From NCBI GenBank assembly GCA_963780535.1, contig CAWACS010000043.1, forward strand, positions 17,613 to 81,612: a DNA stretch of 64,000 nt. The letters run 5' to 3'. Below are positions 56,001-62,732 of this stretch, piece by piece (positions within the stretch are counted from its first letter, which is position 1; the number at the start of each line of letters is the position of its first letter). Source of the stretch: an uncultured Verrucomicrobiae bacterium. Lineage in GTDB: Bacteria > Verrucomicrobiota > Verrucomicrobiia > Limisphaerales > UBA11358. The translations under genes and the position numbers were made by a program. The notes under the pieces were generated by a model, which had not been told where the DNA came from, made no database searches, and was given only the letters and a program-made list of their open reading frames with translations.

Positions 56001-56638
56001 TATGGCGCGTCGAAAGCGGGGTGCCGGTGCAAAACTGGCTGACCAACCTGGACGAACTGGACATCATCCGTGCCGCCCGGCAACGCGGACGCGGCACGCT
56101 GTTCATCACGCTGCACCTCGGCAATTGGGAGCATGGCGGCCTGTTGCTGACGCAACTGGGCATCCGGCTGACGATCCTGACGATGGCCGAACCTGACGAC
56201 GGCCTGACCGACCTGCGCATCGAGGCGCGGCGGCGTTGCGGGGTCGAGACGCTGGTCATCGGCCAGGACGATTTCGCTTTTGTGGAGGTCATCAAACAGC
56301 TTCAAGCCGGGGCCGACCTGGCCATATCGCTGGACCGGCCGCCGGAAAAGGGCGGTGTCCCGATAGAGTTTTTCGGTCACCCATTCGAGGCGTCGCTGGC
56401 GGCGGCGGAGCTGGCGCGGGCCTCCGGCTGCGCGTTGATCGGCGTGACCATTGTCCGCCGGCCGGACGGCTACGCCGTGAAAGTGCTGCCGGAGTTCACC
56501 TACGACCGCCAGGCGCTGGGGAATCGCGAGGCCCGCCGGGAATTGACCCAGCAAATCCTGCGTGCATTCGAGCCGGAAATTCGCAAGGATATTGATCAAT
56601 GGTATCAATTCACTCCCATCTGGCCGAAGGACGGGTAA
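53087..56638 (+). CDS. MMPL/RND-type lipid exporter, reading through without a stop into an LpxL/HtrB-type acyltransferase
   Basis: GTG 53087 gives SSFLKRWWWALLLVAIGLGAG. Two six-helix bundles separated by soluble loops are typical of predicted MMPL exporters. No stop codon occurs before 56638. Contains two in-frame palindromic inserts and a repeat-built linker. Confidence 0.7.
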   Translation: MSSFLKRWWWALLLVAIGLGAGRLRFDVDILNLLPPDEPTVQGLKLYQEHFANARELIITLRAPDAGQAERLAGELADRLRQQTNLVSEVTWQAPWMEHPEQLGELLGWLWFNQSPESFAALTNRLAPDQLKPTLEQTKEALATSMSPMDLARHEFDPFDLLTMPGLTNLAGFSGGQSQQMFASPDGKFRLLYVESAVDLGSYRSCESWLKAIHAIVGAPASLPATGGTNASETRRKDQPSSDYGATGAGAPGTNGIVVRYTGRPVFVEEIATSMQHDMSHSVGITSTVIALLFWLTHRRWRPMLWLLALLMLILGATLALGGLVLGTISVVALGFAAVLLGLAVDYAVVHYQEALAHPQMTVPEIRRAIAPSILWAAITTMSAFLVLNLGGLPGLGQLGTLVAIGIALSALVMVMIYLPPLFPDRRKPRPDQPPFRWWNYFVAPLPGAPASVPASSALNAGSRRQDQPSSDYGATGAGAPGNNIAFPLLLTGLIPLVACAVLCFRQPGLDRTGNALQPQHGEAQTTLDEITSELGLPPQPLWVIITGKDEPEVYQRLTKADGLLDGAVSNHVIGQYLLPTALWPRVEYQAANRTAAAALGTKGPLLRDAALGDGFNTNALVLTEELVNTWASAGADTNVFWPTNHLSQWLLKRFITRSPNEWLVMGLVYPATNRVEPAALTGLSTHLARNGALLSSWELLGGATLKRVQSRMGEVVTPMVVLVLLSLWFAFHRATEILLGVAVLCLSGLCLLAIMAVSGWTWNLMNLMALPLMLGTGVDYTLFIQLALRRHGGDLGAVRRSVGRALMLCGGTAVAGFGSLGFSSNPGMASLGKVCAVGIGANMLISVFLLPTWWQLLRPKAKGQRLKAEVKGTKSASGERESIIHHPSSINAFSLYRAGLWRLGLVVVRILPVGLVKGFAMIVAGFYWRCQRQRCEVVVQNFLPLFAGDRAAAAKAAHRLHRKFAAKMVDLWRVESGVPVQNWLTNLDELDIIRAARQRGRGTLFITLHLGNWEHGGLLLTQLGIRLTILTMAEPDDGLTDLRIEARRRCGVETLVIGQDDFAFVEVIKQLQAGADLAISLDRPPEKGGVPIEFFGHPFEASLAAAELARASGCALIGVTIVRRPDGYAVKVLPEFTYDRQALGNREARRELTQQILRAFEPEIRKDIDQWYQFTPIWPKDG
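53747..53853. repeat. GGAGCGCCGGCA...TGCCGGCGCTCC palindromic element, copy 1 (in frame in the exporter)
   Basis: Terminal inverted repeats at 53747-53758 and 53839-53850. Translated as GAPASLPATGGTNASETRRKDQPSSDYGATGAGAPG. Confidence 0.85.
54425..54531. repeat. GGAGCGCCGGCA...TGCCGGCGCTCC palindromic element, copy 2 (in frame in the exporter)
   Basis: Same termini and the internal AAGATCAGCCTTCGTCrGACTACGGCGCGACAGG as copy 1. Translated as GAPASVPASSALNAGSRRQDQPSSDYGATGAGAPG. Confidence 0.85.
55660..55761. repeat. 7-nt arrays (AAGGCYA)n and (CATCCAT)n forming the exporter-acyltransferase linker
   Basis: AAGGCCA AAGGCTA AAGGCCA AAGGCTA AAGGCTG AAGTTAA ... aatCCATCATCCATCATCCATCATCCATCaac, translated as RPKAKGQRLKAEVKG...ESIIHHPSSINA. 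Confidence 0.85.
55772..56638 (+). other. LpxL/HtrB-type lipid A biosynthesis acyltransferase module (possible independent TTG start)
   Basis: HLGNWE catalytic motif (FITLHLGNWEHGG). N-terminal anchor YRAGLWRLGLVVVRILP. In-frame TTG at 55772. Confidence 0.7.
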
Positions 56639-56661
56639 CCTTGTTCATCCGCGCCCTGCGG

Positions 56662-56758
56662 TTTCTTAATCTTAATCGCAATCTTAATCCTAATCTTTCC
56701 CGACAGCCTGAGGTCGAGATGAAGATTAGGAGTAAGATTATGATTAAGAGGAAGATTT
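56662..56758. repeat. inverted hexamer/heptamer arrays (CTTAAT / AAGATT) bracketing the LolA-like start
   Basis: Left arm TTCTTAATCTTAATCGCAATCTTAATCCTAATCTT. Right arm AAGATTAGGAGTAAGATTATGATTAAGAGGAAGATT. The loop carries GAGGT and ATG 56719. Confidence 0.8.
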
Positions 56759-57426
56759 CGGTCCTCGCTGGTTGCAGCATGGTTGCGTTTTGCGCGGTGG
56801 CGGCTGTCGCCCAGGAGGCCGGCTCCAACGCGCAATTCAACCGCTGGTTCGAGGTGCAGACCAACCTGCACAGCTGGTCCGCCGACTTCACCCAGACGCG
56901 CACGCTCAAGGTATTGAATCAGCCGCTGGTGTCCACCGGCAAGGTCTGGGTCACGCCGGGTGAGTTCCGTTGGGAGTTGGGCCAGCCGGTGCAGACCATC
57001 GTGCTCCGCCAGCCGGACCAGTTGCTCATCATCTATCCCCGGCTCAAACAGGCGGAAAAATATCCGCTCGGCGCCGTTCCGACCGGACCGATCAAGGACG
57101 CGCTGGCCCTGCTGGACGCCACCCTGCCCCGCGACCGGGCAACCATGGAAAAGAACTTCAGCCTGCTGTCGGCCATGGAAACGAACGCGATGCTGCAAAT
57201 GACGCTCCAGCCCCGGAGCGATTCCGCGCGCAAATTTATCAGTGAAATTCTAATCGGTTTTCACACCAACGATTTCACCATCGCCGCCACCGAGATGAAA
57301 TTCGCCGACGGCTCCAGTCTCCGGAACGATTTCACCAACGTGGTCTTGAACCAGCCGATTGATCCCGCACGATTCGAGGCCAGACTGCCGCCGGATTTTA
57401 CCGTGGTTGAACCGCTAAAGCAATGA
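56719..57426 (+). CDS. LolA-like outer-membrane lipoprotein carrier family protein
   Basis: Signal peptide ISVLAGCSMVAFCAVAAVAQEA. FTQTRTLKVLNQPLVSTGKVWVTPGEFRWEL and IIYPRLKQAE are typical of the LolA fold family. ATG 56740 is an alternative start. Confidence 0.75.
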   Translation: MKIRSKIMIKRKISVLAGCSMVAFCAVAAVAQEAGSNAQFNRWFEVQTNLHSWSADFTQTRTLKVLNQPLVSTGKVWVTPGEFRWELGQPVQTIVLRQPDQLLIIYPRLKQAEKYPLGAVPTGPIKDALALLDATLPRDRATMEKNFSLLSAMETNAMLQMTLQPRSDSARKFISEILIGFHTNDFTIAATEMKFADGSSLRNDFTNVVLNQPIDPARFEARLPPDFTVVEPLKQ

Positions 57427-57445
57427 ACGCAAGCCGGACCTATTA

Positions 57446-57514
57446 CCGGGAGCGCCGGCATTCTTGCCGGCAAGTTTCCGACACGGCGGGCCGGCAAGAT
57501 GCCGGCGCTCCCGG
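57446..57514. repeat. GGAGCGCCGGCA...TGCCGGCGCTCC palindromic element, short intergenic copy
   Basis: CCGGGAGCGCCGGCATTCTTGCCGGC-loop-GCCGGCAAGATGCCGGCGCTCCCGG. Near-perfect hairpin ending 10 nt before the next start codon. Confidence 0.85.
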
Positions 57515-57523
57515 ATTAAAACC

Positions 57524-58006
57524 ATGAGCGCGTCGCCTGACATTTTGGAACTGGCCATGAAATCGCTGCCGCACGGGCCGGAATTCCGGTTCGTGGACCG
57601 GATGGTGAGCCTGACGCCCGGCAAGCACGGCGTGGGGGAATATCGCGTGCGCGGCGATGAGTTTTATCTGCGCGGCCATCTGCCGGGCGAACCGATTTTG
57701 CCCGGGGTGCTGCTCGTGGAGGCCGGCGCCCAGGTGGCCGGCATGGTGGCGCAGGAAGACCCGGCCAATCCCACCTGGCCGCGAATGAAACTGTCCGCGC
57801 TGCGCGCCGTCAAAATTCTCGGCTCGGCCAAACCCGGCGATACCCTGCGCATCGAGGCCACCATCACCGGCCAACTGGGTTCCTTGATTCAGGCGGCGGT
57901 GTCCGCCTTCATCGCGGACACCAAGGTGCTGTCCGCGGAACTCACCCTGGCGGGCATGGGCAAGGCTGGTGAACCGGCGGAGGAGCCTGCCCGCTCTGCG
58001 GCATGA
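57524..58006 (+). CDS. FabZ/ApeI-like hot-dog beta-hydroxyacyl-ACP dehydratase
   Basis: LPHGPEFRFVDRM and FYLRGHLPGEPILPGVLLVEAGAQ (catalytic His region). Confidence 0.8.
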   Translation: MSASPDILELAMKSLPHGPEFRFVDRMVSLTPGKHGVGEYRVRGDEFYLRGHLPGEPILPGVLLVEAGAQVAGMVAQEDPANPTWPRMKLSALRAVKILGSAKPGDTLRIEATITGQLGSLIQAAVSAFIADTKVLSAELTLAGMGKAGEPAEEPARSAA

Positions 58007-58743
58007 ACATGATGGCGCCGACCGAGCAGCCCCTCCGCACCTTCCAGTTTGAACGCGACACCTTCGCGTTTCCCCACGAACTGGTGTGGCAATACCATTT
58101 CGATCCGGTGACGGGGGCGATGACCACGTTTGACTCCAACCCGCCGCCCACTTACTATCATCGCTGCTTCGTGATGGTGCGCTCGGCGCGGCAATTCTTT
58201 TTTCACGCCCGTTTTGCGCCGGAATTGCCGCCCGTGGAACCGGAGGTGTACCGGCGGTTGATCCGCGAAGTCATCTCCCGCAATCCGCGCCGGGGGTGTG
58301 CGGAATCCAAACGCGTGGTCATTCCCGGCCATGACGGTCTGCGTTCACTCAGCCAGACGCACGAAGCGTTGCTCAAGGCGGAAATGGGCGGTCCCTGGCA
58401 ATCGTATTTTCTGCGGAGCCACTGGCGGATGGTGTTTCCGTTTGTTGGCCGGCACCGGGAATGGATGGCGCGAAAGCTGAAGCGTTCCCTGCAAAAACGC
58501 GGCGTGTCGCTCGTGCACCTGTTCCGTTTTCCGCGCATCACCATCAACCATGGCATTGTGCTGTACCGGCTGACGGAGTTGGAGCAACACCTGGAATTCG
58601 AAGCGTATGATCCCAACATTCCGGCGCATCCGGTCAAATTGATTTACGACCGGCAACAACGGAAATTCAACTTTCCGCCCAGTTGTTATTGGCGCGGGGG
58701 AGCGCTGAACGTGGTTGAAATCTTTTGCGGCGGGTTTTACTAG
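58003..58743 (+). CDS. hypothetical protein, translationally coupled to the dehydratase
   Basis: ATGA overlap at 58003-58006. 246 aa. No family recognised. Contains YYHRCFVMV, ITINHGIVLY and EAYDPN, which could form a Cys/His/Asp set (speculative). Confidence 0.6.
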   Translation: MNMMAPTEQPLRTFQFERDTFAFPHELVWQYHFDPVTGAMTTFDSNPPPTYYHRCFVMVRSARQFFFHARFAPELPPVEPEVYRRLIREVISRNPRRGCAESKRVVIPGHDGLRSLSQTHEALLKAEMGGPWQSYFLRSHWRMVFPFVGRHREWMARKLKRSLQKRGVSLVHLFRFPRITINHGIVLYRLTELEQHLEFEAYDPNIPAHPVKLIYDRQQRKFNFPPSCYWRGGALNVVEIFCGGFY

Positions 58744-58824
58744 GGTGGGATATCAATGCGGCAACCCATGGCATGAGGCTTCCGCCATTGGTCAGGTTCC
58801 CCTGATTTAGTGGACGGGGGAACT

Positions 58825-58894
58825 GGAGCGCCGAGCACCGTCTCGGCATGTGCCATGGATTTTCCGGCCGGGCCGAGACGGTGCTCGGCGTTCC
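58825..58894. repeat. GGARCGCCGAGCACCGTCTCGGC-type palindromic element (intergenic)
   Basis: GGAGCGCCGAGCACCGTCTCGGC-loop-GCCGAGACGGTGCTCGGCGTTCC. Confidence 0.8.
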
Positions 58895-58943
58895 GAACGC
58901 CCGGGAAACGGGTTTCGTGCCCGGCCGGCCGCCATTCACGCTT

Positions 58944-59309
58944 TCAGCGCCGGTTTCGCGGGAACCGGAAGGCGACGCCAAAAAACAATGTGCCGCAGGT
59001 ATTGATCCCCACCAGGTAACCGATGTTGTAGAGCCGGCCGGAATTGTTCGGCGCGTAAATCGGGAAATCATTGCCCATCAACAAACCCGGCAGGGCGGCG
59101 GGCATCAGGAAGCCATGCAGAAACCCCAGGTAAAAGCCGGCGACATGGTTCGGCTTGTAAGAACGGGTGGCGGCCCAGCCTTGGGCAACCCCCAGTGCCA
59201 CGCCCAGCACAGTCAAGGCGACGATTTTAATCGTTATTTCCTTTGCCGTCAGGGAATGATGGGAAGCCGCGTCCGGCTTCGGAACAGATTCTTCCATGCG
59301 GCACAGCAT
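58944..59309 (-). CDS. small hypothetical membrane protein
   Basis: 121 aa with three hydrophobic helices (IVALTVLGVALGVAQGW, GFYLGFLHGFLMPAALPGLLM, YLVGINTCGTLFFGVAF). Opposite strand to the cluster. Confidence 0.45.
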   Translation of the reverse strand: MLCRMEESVPKPDAASHHSLTAKEITIKIVALTVLGVALGVAQGWAATRSYKPNHVAGFYLGFLHGFLMPAALPGLLMGNDFPIYAPNNSGRLYNIGYLVGINTCGTLFFGVAFRFPRNRR

Positions 59310-59690
59310 GTTCCGTCACCATCCTGCCGGGCAAGCACATAATGCCCGGAACCACCCGACAGACTCCCGCAATTTTCCAACGGCTCCACTGTTTTTTTCA
59401 ATTCCTGCGACTGTTCCCCCTTGGCGACTTCCCAAATCACCGGTTCGATGGCATGACTGACTTTAGCCCCGGGTAACCTTCCTCCGTGAGTCAACACGGC
59501 GATCGCCCTGAGCTTCCAAGCTTGACGCCGTTTCGAGCCGGGTCATACTCAAGGGAATGAGCATTGACCCTGATCTCTGCTTCCTCATTTGCGTAAAAGC
59601 CGGACTCGAACCCCGATCGGCTGCTTCGCCGTCAGCTTATGTCGTTGCGGTCGCAAACGACCGCCGCTTCGTCACCGAACACACCCAGCA

Positions 59691-59966
59691 ATGACCCCCG
59701 AGAAGGACCCTAAAGCCATCGCCGCGCAGCTTTGTCAGTTCGCGCGGACCAATTTCGTCGCCGAAGGCACCACTTTTGATGAAAACAGCCCGCTGGCCCA
59801 GGCCGGCATTGATTCCTTTGCGCTGGTCGAGCTGCTGCTTTATTGCGAGCGCGTCATCGGTGTCCGGGTGCCGGATTCGCACCTGACCGGCGCGAATCTG
59901 ACCTCGATGGCCACGCTGGCCAATTGCATTGCCGAGCTGGCCCGCAACCATCACTCCACAACCTAG
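59691..59966 (+). CDS. acyl carrier protein
   Basis: 91 aa from ATG 59691. Phosphopantetheine site LAQAGIDSFALVELLL. Confidence 0.8.
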   Translation: MTPEKDPKAIAAQLCQFARTNFVAEGTTFDENSPLAQAGIDSFALVELLLYCERVIGVRVPDSHLTGANLTSMATLANCIAELARNHHSTT

Positions 59967-59985
59967 CACCAACGGCCTGTCCCCT

Positions 59986-61323
59986 ATGCCTGACCTGCCC
60001 CGTCAGATTCGATTTGCTGCCGGAGATTACTTCATGCACGCCCAGGATCGCCGGATGCGGCGGAGTGGACTGCCCGGCAATGTCTGCTGCGCGGTGATGC
60101 ACCTGGACCGGGGATTTGATGCCGGCCGGCTGCGCCGGCGGCTGGGTGAATCTCCCATCATGGATTGGCTGGCCCGGGCGCACATGGCCCGGACGTTGCC
60201 GGTGTTGCCTCCGGTCTGGCGGACGGCGGCGGAACCCAAGCCGATTTTTTTCGAGCACCGCGATCAGAATGGCGGCGGTGAAACGCCATGGTCGCCGCCC
60301 GCGGCGGTCACGGAGCGCGCATTGCGCGCCGAGGAGGGGCCGGGTCTGGCGTTTGACGTGGTGCCCCACGCGGATGGCACGAGCCATTTGTTTCTTTCGT
60401 GGAACCACACCCTGCTGGATTCACAGGGCCTGGATCTCCTCTTGCATCATTTGAACGCGGGCGGCGAGACAAACGGAGCGCCCGCGGTGGGGGATTTTAT
60501 CAGCCCCAAACAAAATCAAAAGTGGACCCCGGCCGGCTGGTGGGAGAACGCGAAACTGGCCTACACGGCGAGGCCGTGGCTGGTGGAATCCGGCAAGGAA
60601 CCGCTTTTCACCCCCGCGCCGCCCGAACCCCGTTCCGGCACGCGGGAAAACCATCGCCGCCGGATTGTGTTCACCGAGGCGGAAACCGCCCGCATTGACG
60701 CGCGCAGCCAGCAAATCACCGCCGGTTTCCGTCGCAGCCACTTTTATCTGGCGGCTTCGGTCCGCGCCTTGCATGCCATCGCCCTCCAGCGCGGCAACCA
60801 GGACGGGGCGTATCTGGTTCCCGTGCCTCACGACACGCGCCGGCACGGCGCGAAAGGCCCCATCTTTTCCAATCACCTCTCGATTCTGTTCTATCGCATC
60901 GAGCCGCGGCAGGCCGGACGGATCCGCGACATTGTCGGCGAACTCAGCCGGCAGATGACGGACCAGATTCGCGACCGCTTCCCCCAAGCCTGCATGGCGG
61001 CGCTGGATTTGTTCAAACCGTTGCCGCCGGGATATTACGTGCATCATCTGGGAAAACCGACCCGCGGCAAGATGGCCTCGTTGAGCTTTTCGGACTCGGG
61101 CGAAATCTGTCCCGGCATGACGGAATGGTGCGGTGGCCGGATTTTGGATGTCACCCACCTGATCCCCTGCTGGCGGTCACCCGGCCTGACGACGTTGTTT
61201 TTGAGGTATGGCAACCGGCTTTCCCTGATGCTGTCGTGGGTGGATGACTGCCTGAACCCGGCCGACCTGGACCAACTGGAAGGGGACATGCGCCGGGCTT
61301 TACTGGAGGAGGACCTGTCATGA
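59986..61323 (+). CDS. condensation-domain-like (HxxxD) acyltransferase
   Basis: 445 aa from ATG 59986. FLSWNHTLLDSQG carries the HxxxD(x)G-type catalytic motif of the condensation / WS-DGAT / PapA5-type superfamily. Confidence 0.55.
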   Translation: MPDLPRQIRFAAGDYFMHAQDRRMRRSGLPGNVCCAVMHLDRGFDAGRLRRRLGESPIMDWLARAHMARTLPVLPPVWRTAAEPKPIFFEHRDQNGGGETPWSPPAAVTERALRAEEGPGLAFDVVPHADGTSHLFLSWNHTLLDSQGLDLLLHHLNAGGETNGAPAVGDFISPKQNQKWTPAGWWENAKLAYTARPWLVESGKEPLFTPAPPEPRSGTRENHRRRIVFTEAETARIDARSQQITAGFRRSHFYLAASVRALHAIALQRGNQDGAYLVPVPHDTRRHGAKGPIFSNHLSILFYRIEPRQAGRIRDIVGELSRQMTDQIRDRFPQACMAALDLFKPLPPGYYVHHLGKPTRGKMASLSFSDSGEICPGMTEWCGGRILDVTHLIPCWRSPGLTTLFLRYGNRLSLMLSWVDDCLNPADLDQLEGDMRRALLEEDLS

Positions 61324-62732
61324 AGTTGCTGCTGGTGGCGACGAACCGCGAGCGCTCGCCCTATCCCGTGGCCCCGTTGGGAGCGCTGTGCGCCGCGGCC
61401 GCCGCCCGGACCGCCGGTCATGAGGTGACGTTTTTGGATCTGGGACCGGTGCGGACACCGCAACGCGCACTGCGAAAGGCAATCGCGTCGGACAAATTTC
61501 AGGCCGTTGCCTTTGGCATCCGCAATCTGGACAACTGCTGGTCGTTTGCGCCGCGTTCCTATTTCGGCGAGGTGCGGGATCTGGCGGAAACAGTGCGGCA
61601 GCATTTTGACGGGCCGTTGATTCTGGGCGGCAGCGGTTTTTCGGTGTCCCCGCAGGGTTGGATGCGGCGGCTGCGGCCTGACGGCGGTGTTGTCGGCGAA
61701 GGGGAACGGGCCTTCCCGGAAGTGTTGGCGCGGTTGGAAACCGGGCGTTCCCTGGAGGGTATTGAAGGCGTCATCACCCCGGGCAAAGGAGATGGCTCCG
61801 ACAGCGTCCTGCCCGCGAAAGCCATCGAGCGGCTGGGTGAATTGCCGCCGCCCGCCCACGACTTGTGCCGTTACCAGCCGTATGTCCGGCGCGGCGGATT
61901 TGTTGGCGTGCAAACCAAACGCGGATGTCCGTTCAAATGCGCTTACTGCATTTATCCCCAATTGGAAGGGCGGCGTTACCGGCTGCGTCCGCCAGAAGCC
62001 TTGGTTCAGGAAATTGAAACCGTGTTCACCCGGTCGAAGCTGCGGCATTTCTTTTTCGTGGACAGCGTCTTCAACGATCCCCGGAGTCACGCGCTGGCGA
62101 TCTGCCGCCAACTCGGCCGCCGGCGGTTGCCGGTCCGCTGGTCGGCCTTCTGCAATCCGACCGGGTTTGACGCGGAACTGGCGCACGCCATGAAGGAAGG
62201 CGGTTGCAACGGAGTGGAGTTCGGACTGGATGTGGCCTCGGACAAGATGCTGGCGGCCCTGGACAAGCCGTTCGGACAGAAGGAAACACGGATTGCCATG
62301 CAAGCGGCGCACGACGCCGGCCTGCCCATCGCGGTCTACCTGTTGTTCGGCGGTCCCGGTGAAACCTGGGCGGATGTCCGGGATACCCAGAATTTTTTGG
62401 ATGATTGCGCGCGGGCGAACGCCGTGTTTGCCACCATTGGCATCCGCGTTTACGAAGGCACGCCCCTGGCCCGGACGGCGGTGCGGGAAGGCCAGGTGAA
62501 GCCGGACCAGGACCTTTTCGAGCCGGCCTATTATCTTTCACCCGGGCTGGCGGAGGATACGGAGAACCGGCTCGATGCCATTGCGCGGCGGCGCGCGGAA
62601 TGGACCTCGCCGGTGGACTGGCGCCGGCCGGTGACGCGCCTGGGACAGAAGGTGACGGTTTTTCTGAACGTGCGGCCACAGTGGAAACACCTCCGCAGTT
62701 ACGGTGAGCACATGAGACCGCAAGCACCGTGA
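61320..62732 (+). CDS. B12-binding-domain radical SAM protein
   Basis: ATGA overlap with the previous gene. N-terminal Rossmann-like KLLLVATNRERSPYPVAPLG...GHEVTFLDL. CxxxCxxC cluster (RGCPFKCAYCIYP). Confidence 0.85.
   Translation: MKLLLVATNRERSPYPVAPLGALCAAAAARTAGHEVTFLDLGPVRTPQRALRKAIASDKFQAVAFGIRNLDNCWSFAPRSYFGEVRDLAETVRQHFDGPLILGGSGFSVSPQGWMRRLRPDGGVVGEGERAFPEVLARLETGRSLEGIEGVITPGKGDGSDSVLPAKAIERLGELPPPAHDLCRYQPYVRRGGFVGVQTKRGCPFKCAYCIYPQLEGRRYRLRPPEALVQEIETVFTRSKLRHFFFVDSVFNDPRSHALAICRQLGRRRLPVRWSAFCNPTGFDAELAHAMKEGGCNGVEFGLDVASDKMLAALDKPFGQKETRIAMQAAHDAGLPIAVYLLFGGPGETWADVRDTQNFLDDCARANAVFATIGIRVYEGTPLARTAVREGQVKPDQDLFEPAYYLSPGLAEDTENRLDAIARRRAEWTSPVDWRRPVTRLGQKVTVFLNVRPQWKHLRSYGEHMRPQAP

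Noticed and set aside
59249-59497. 82-aa minus-strand ORF upstream of the small membrane protein.
   Set aside because: It overlaps the next ORF by about 60 nt, has no recognisable motif and sits in a probable promoter region. It was not reported as a feature.
59522-59550. Sigma-70-like hexamers TTGACG-N17-ATACTC upstream of the ACP gene, and TTGACA-N16-AACAAT at 52441-52468 upstream of the cluster's first gene.
   Set aside because: The -35 boxes are good but the -10 boxes are weak. Promoter consensus for this lineage is unknown to me, so the evidence is insufficient to annotate them as features.
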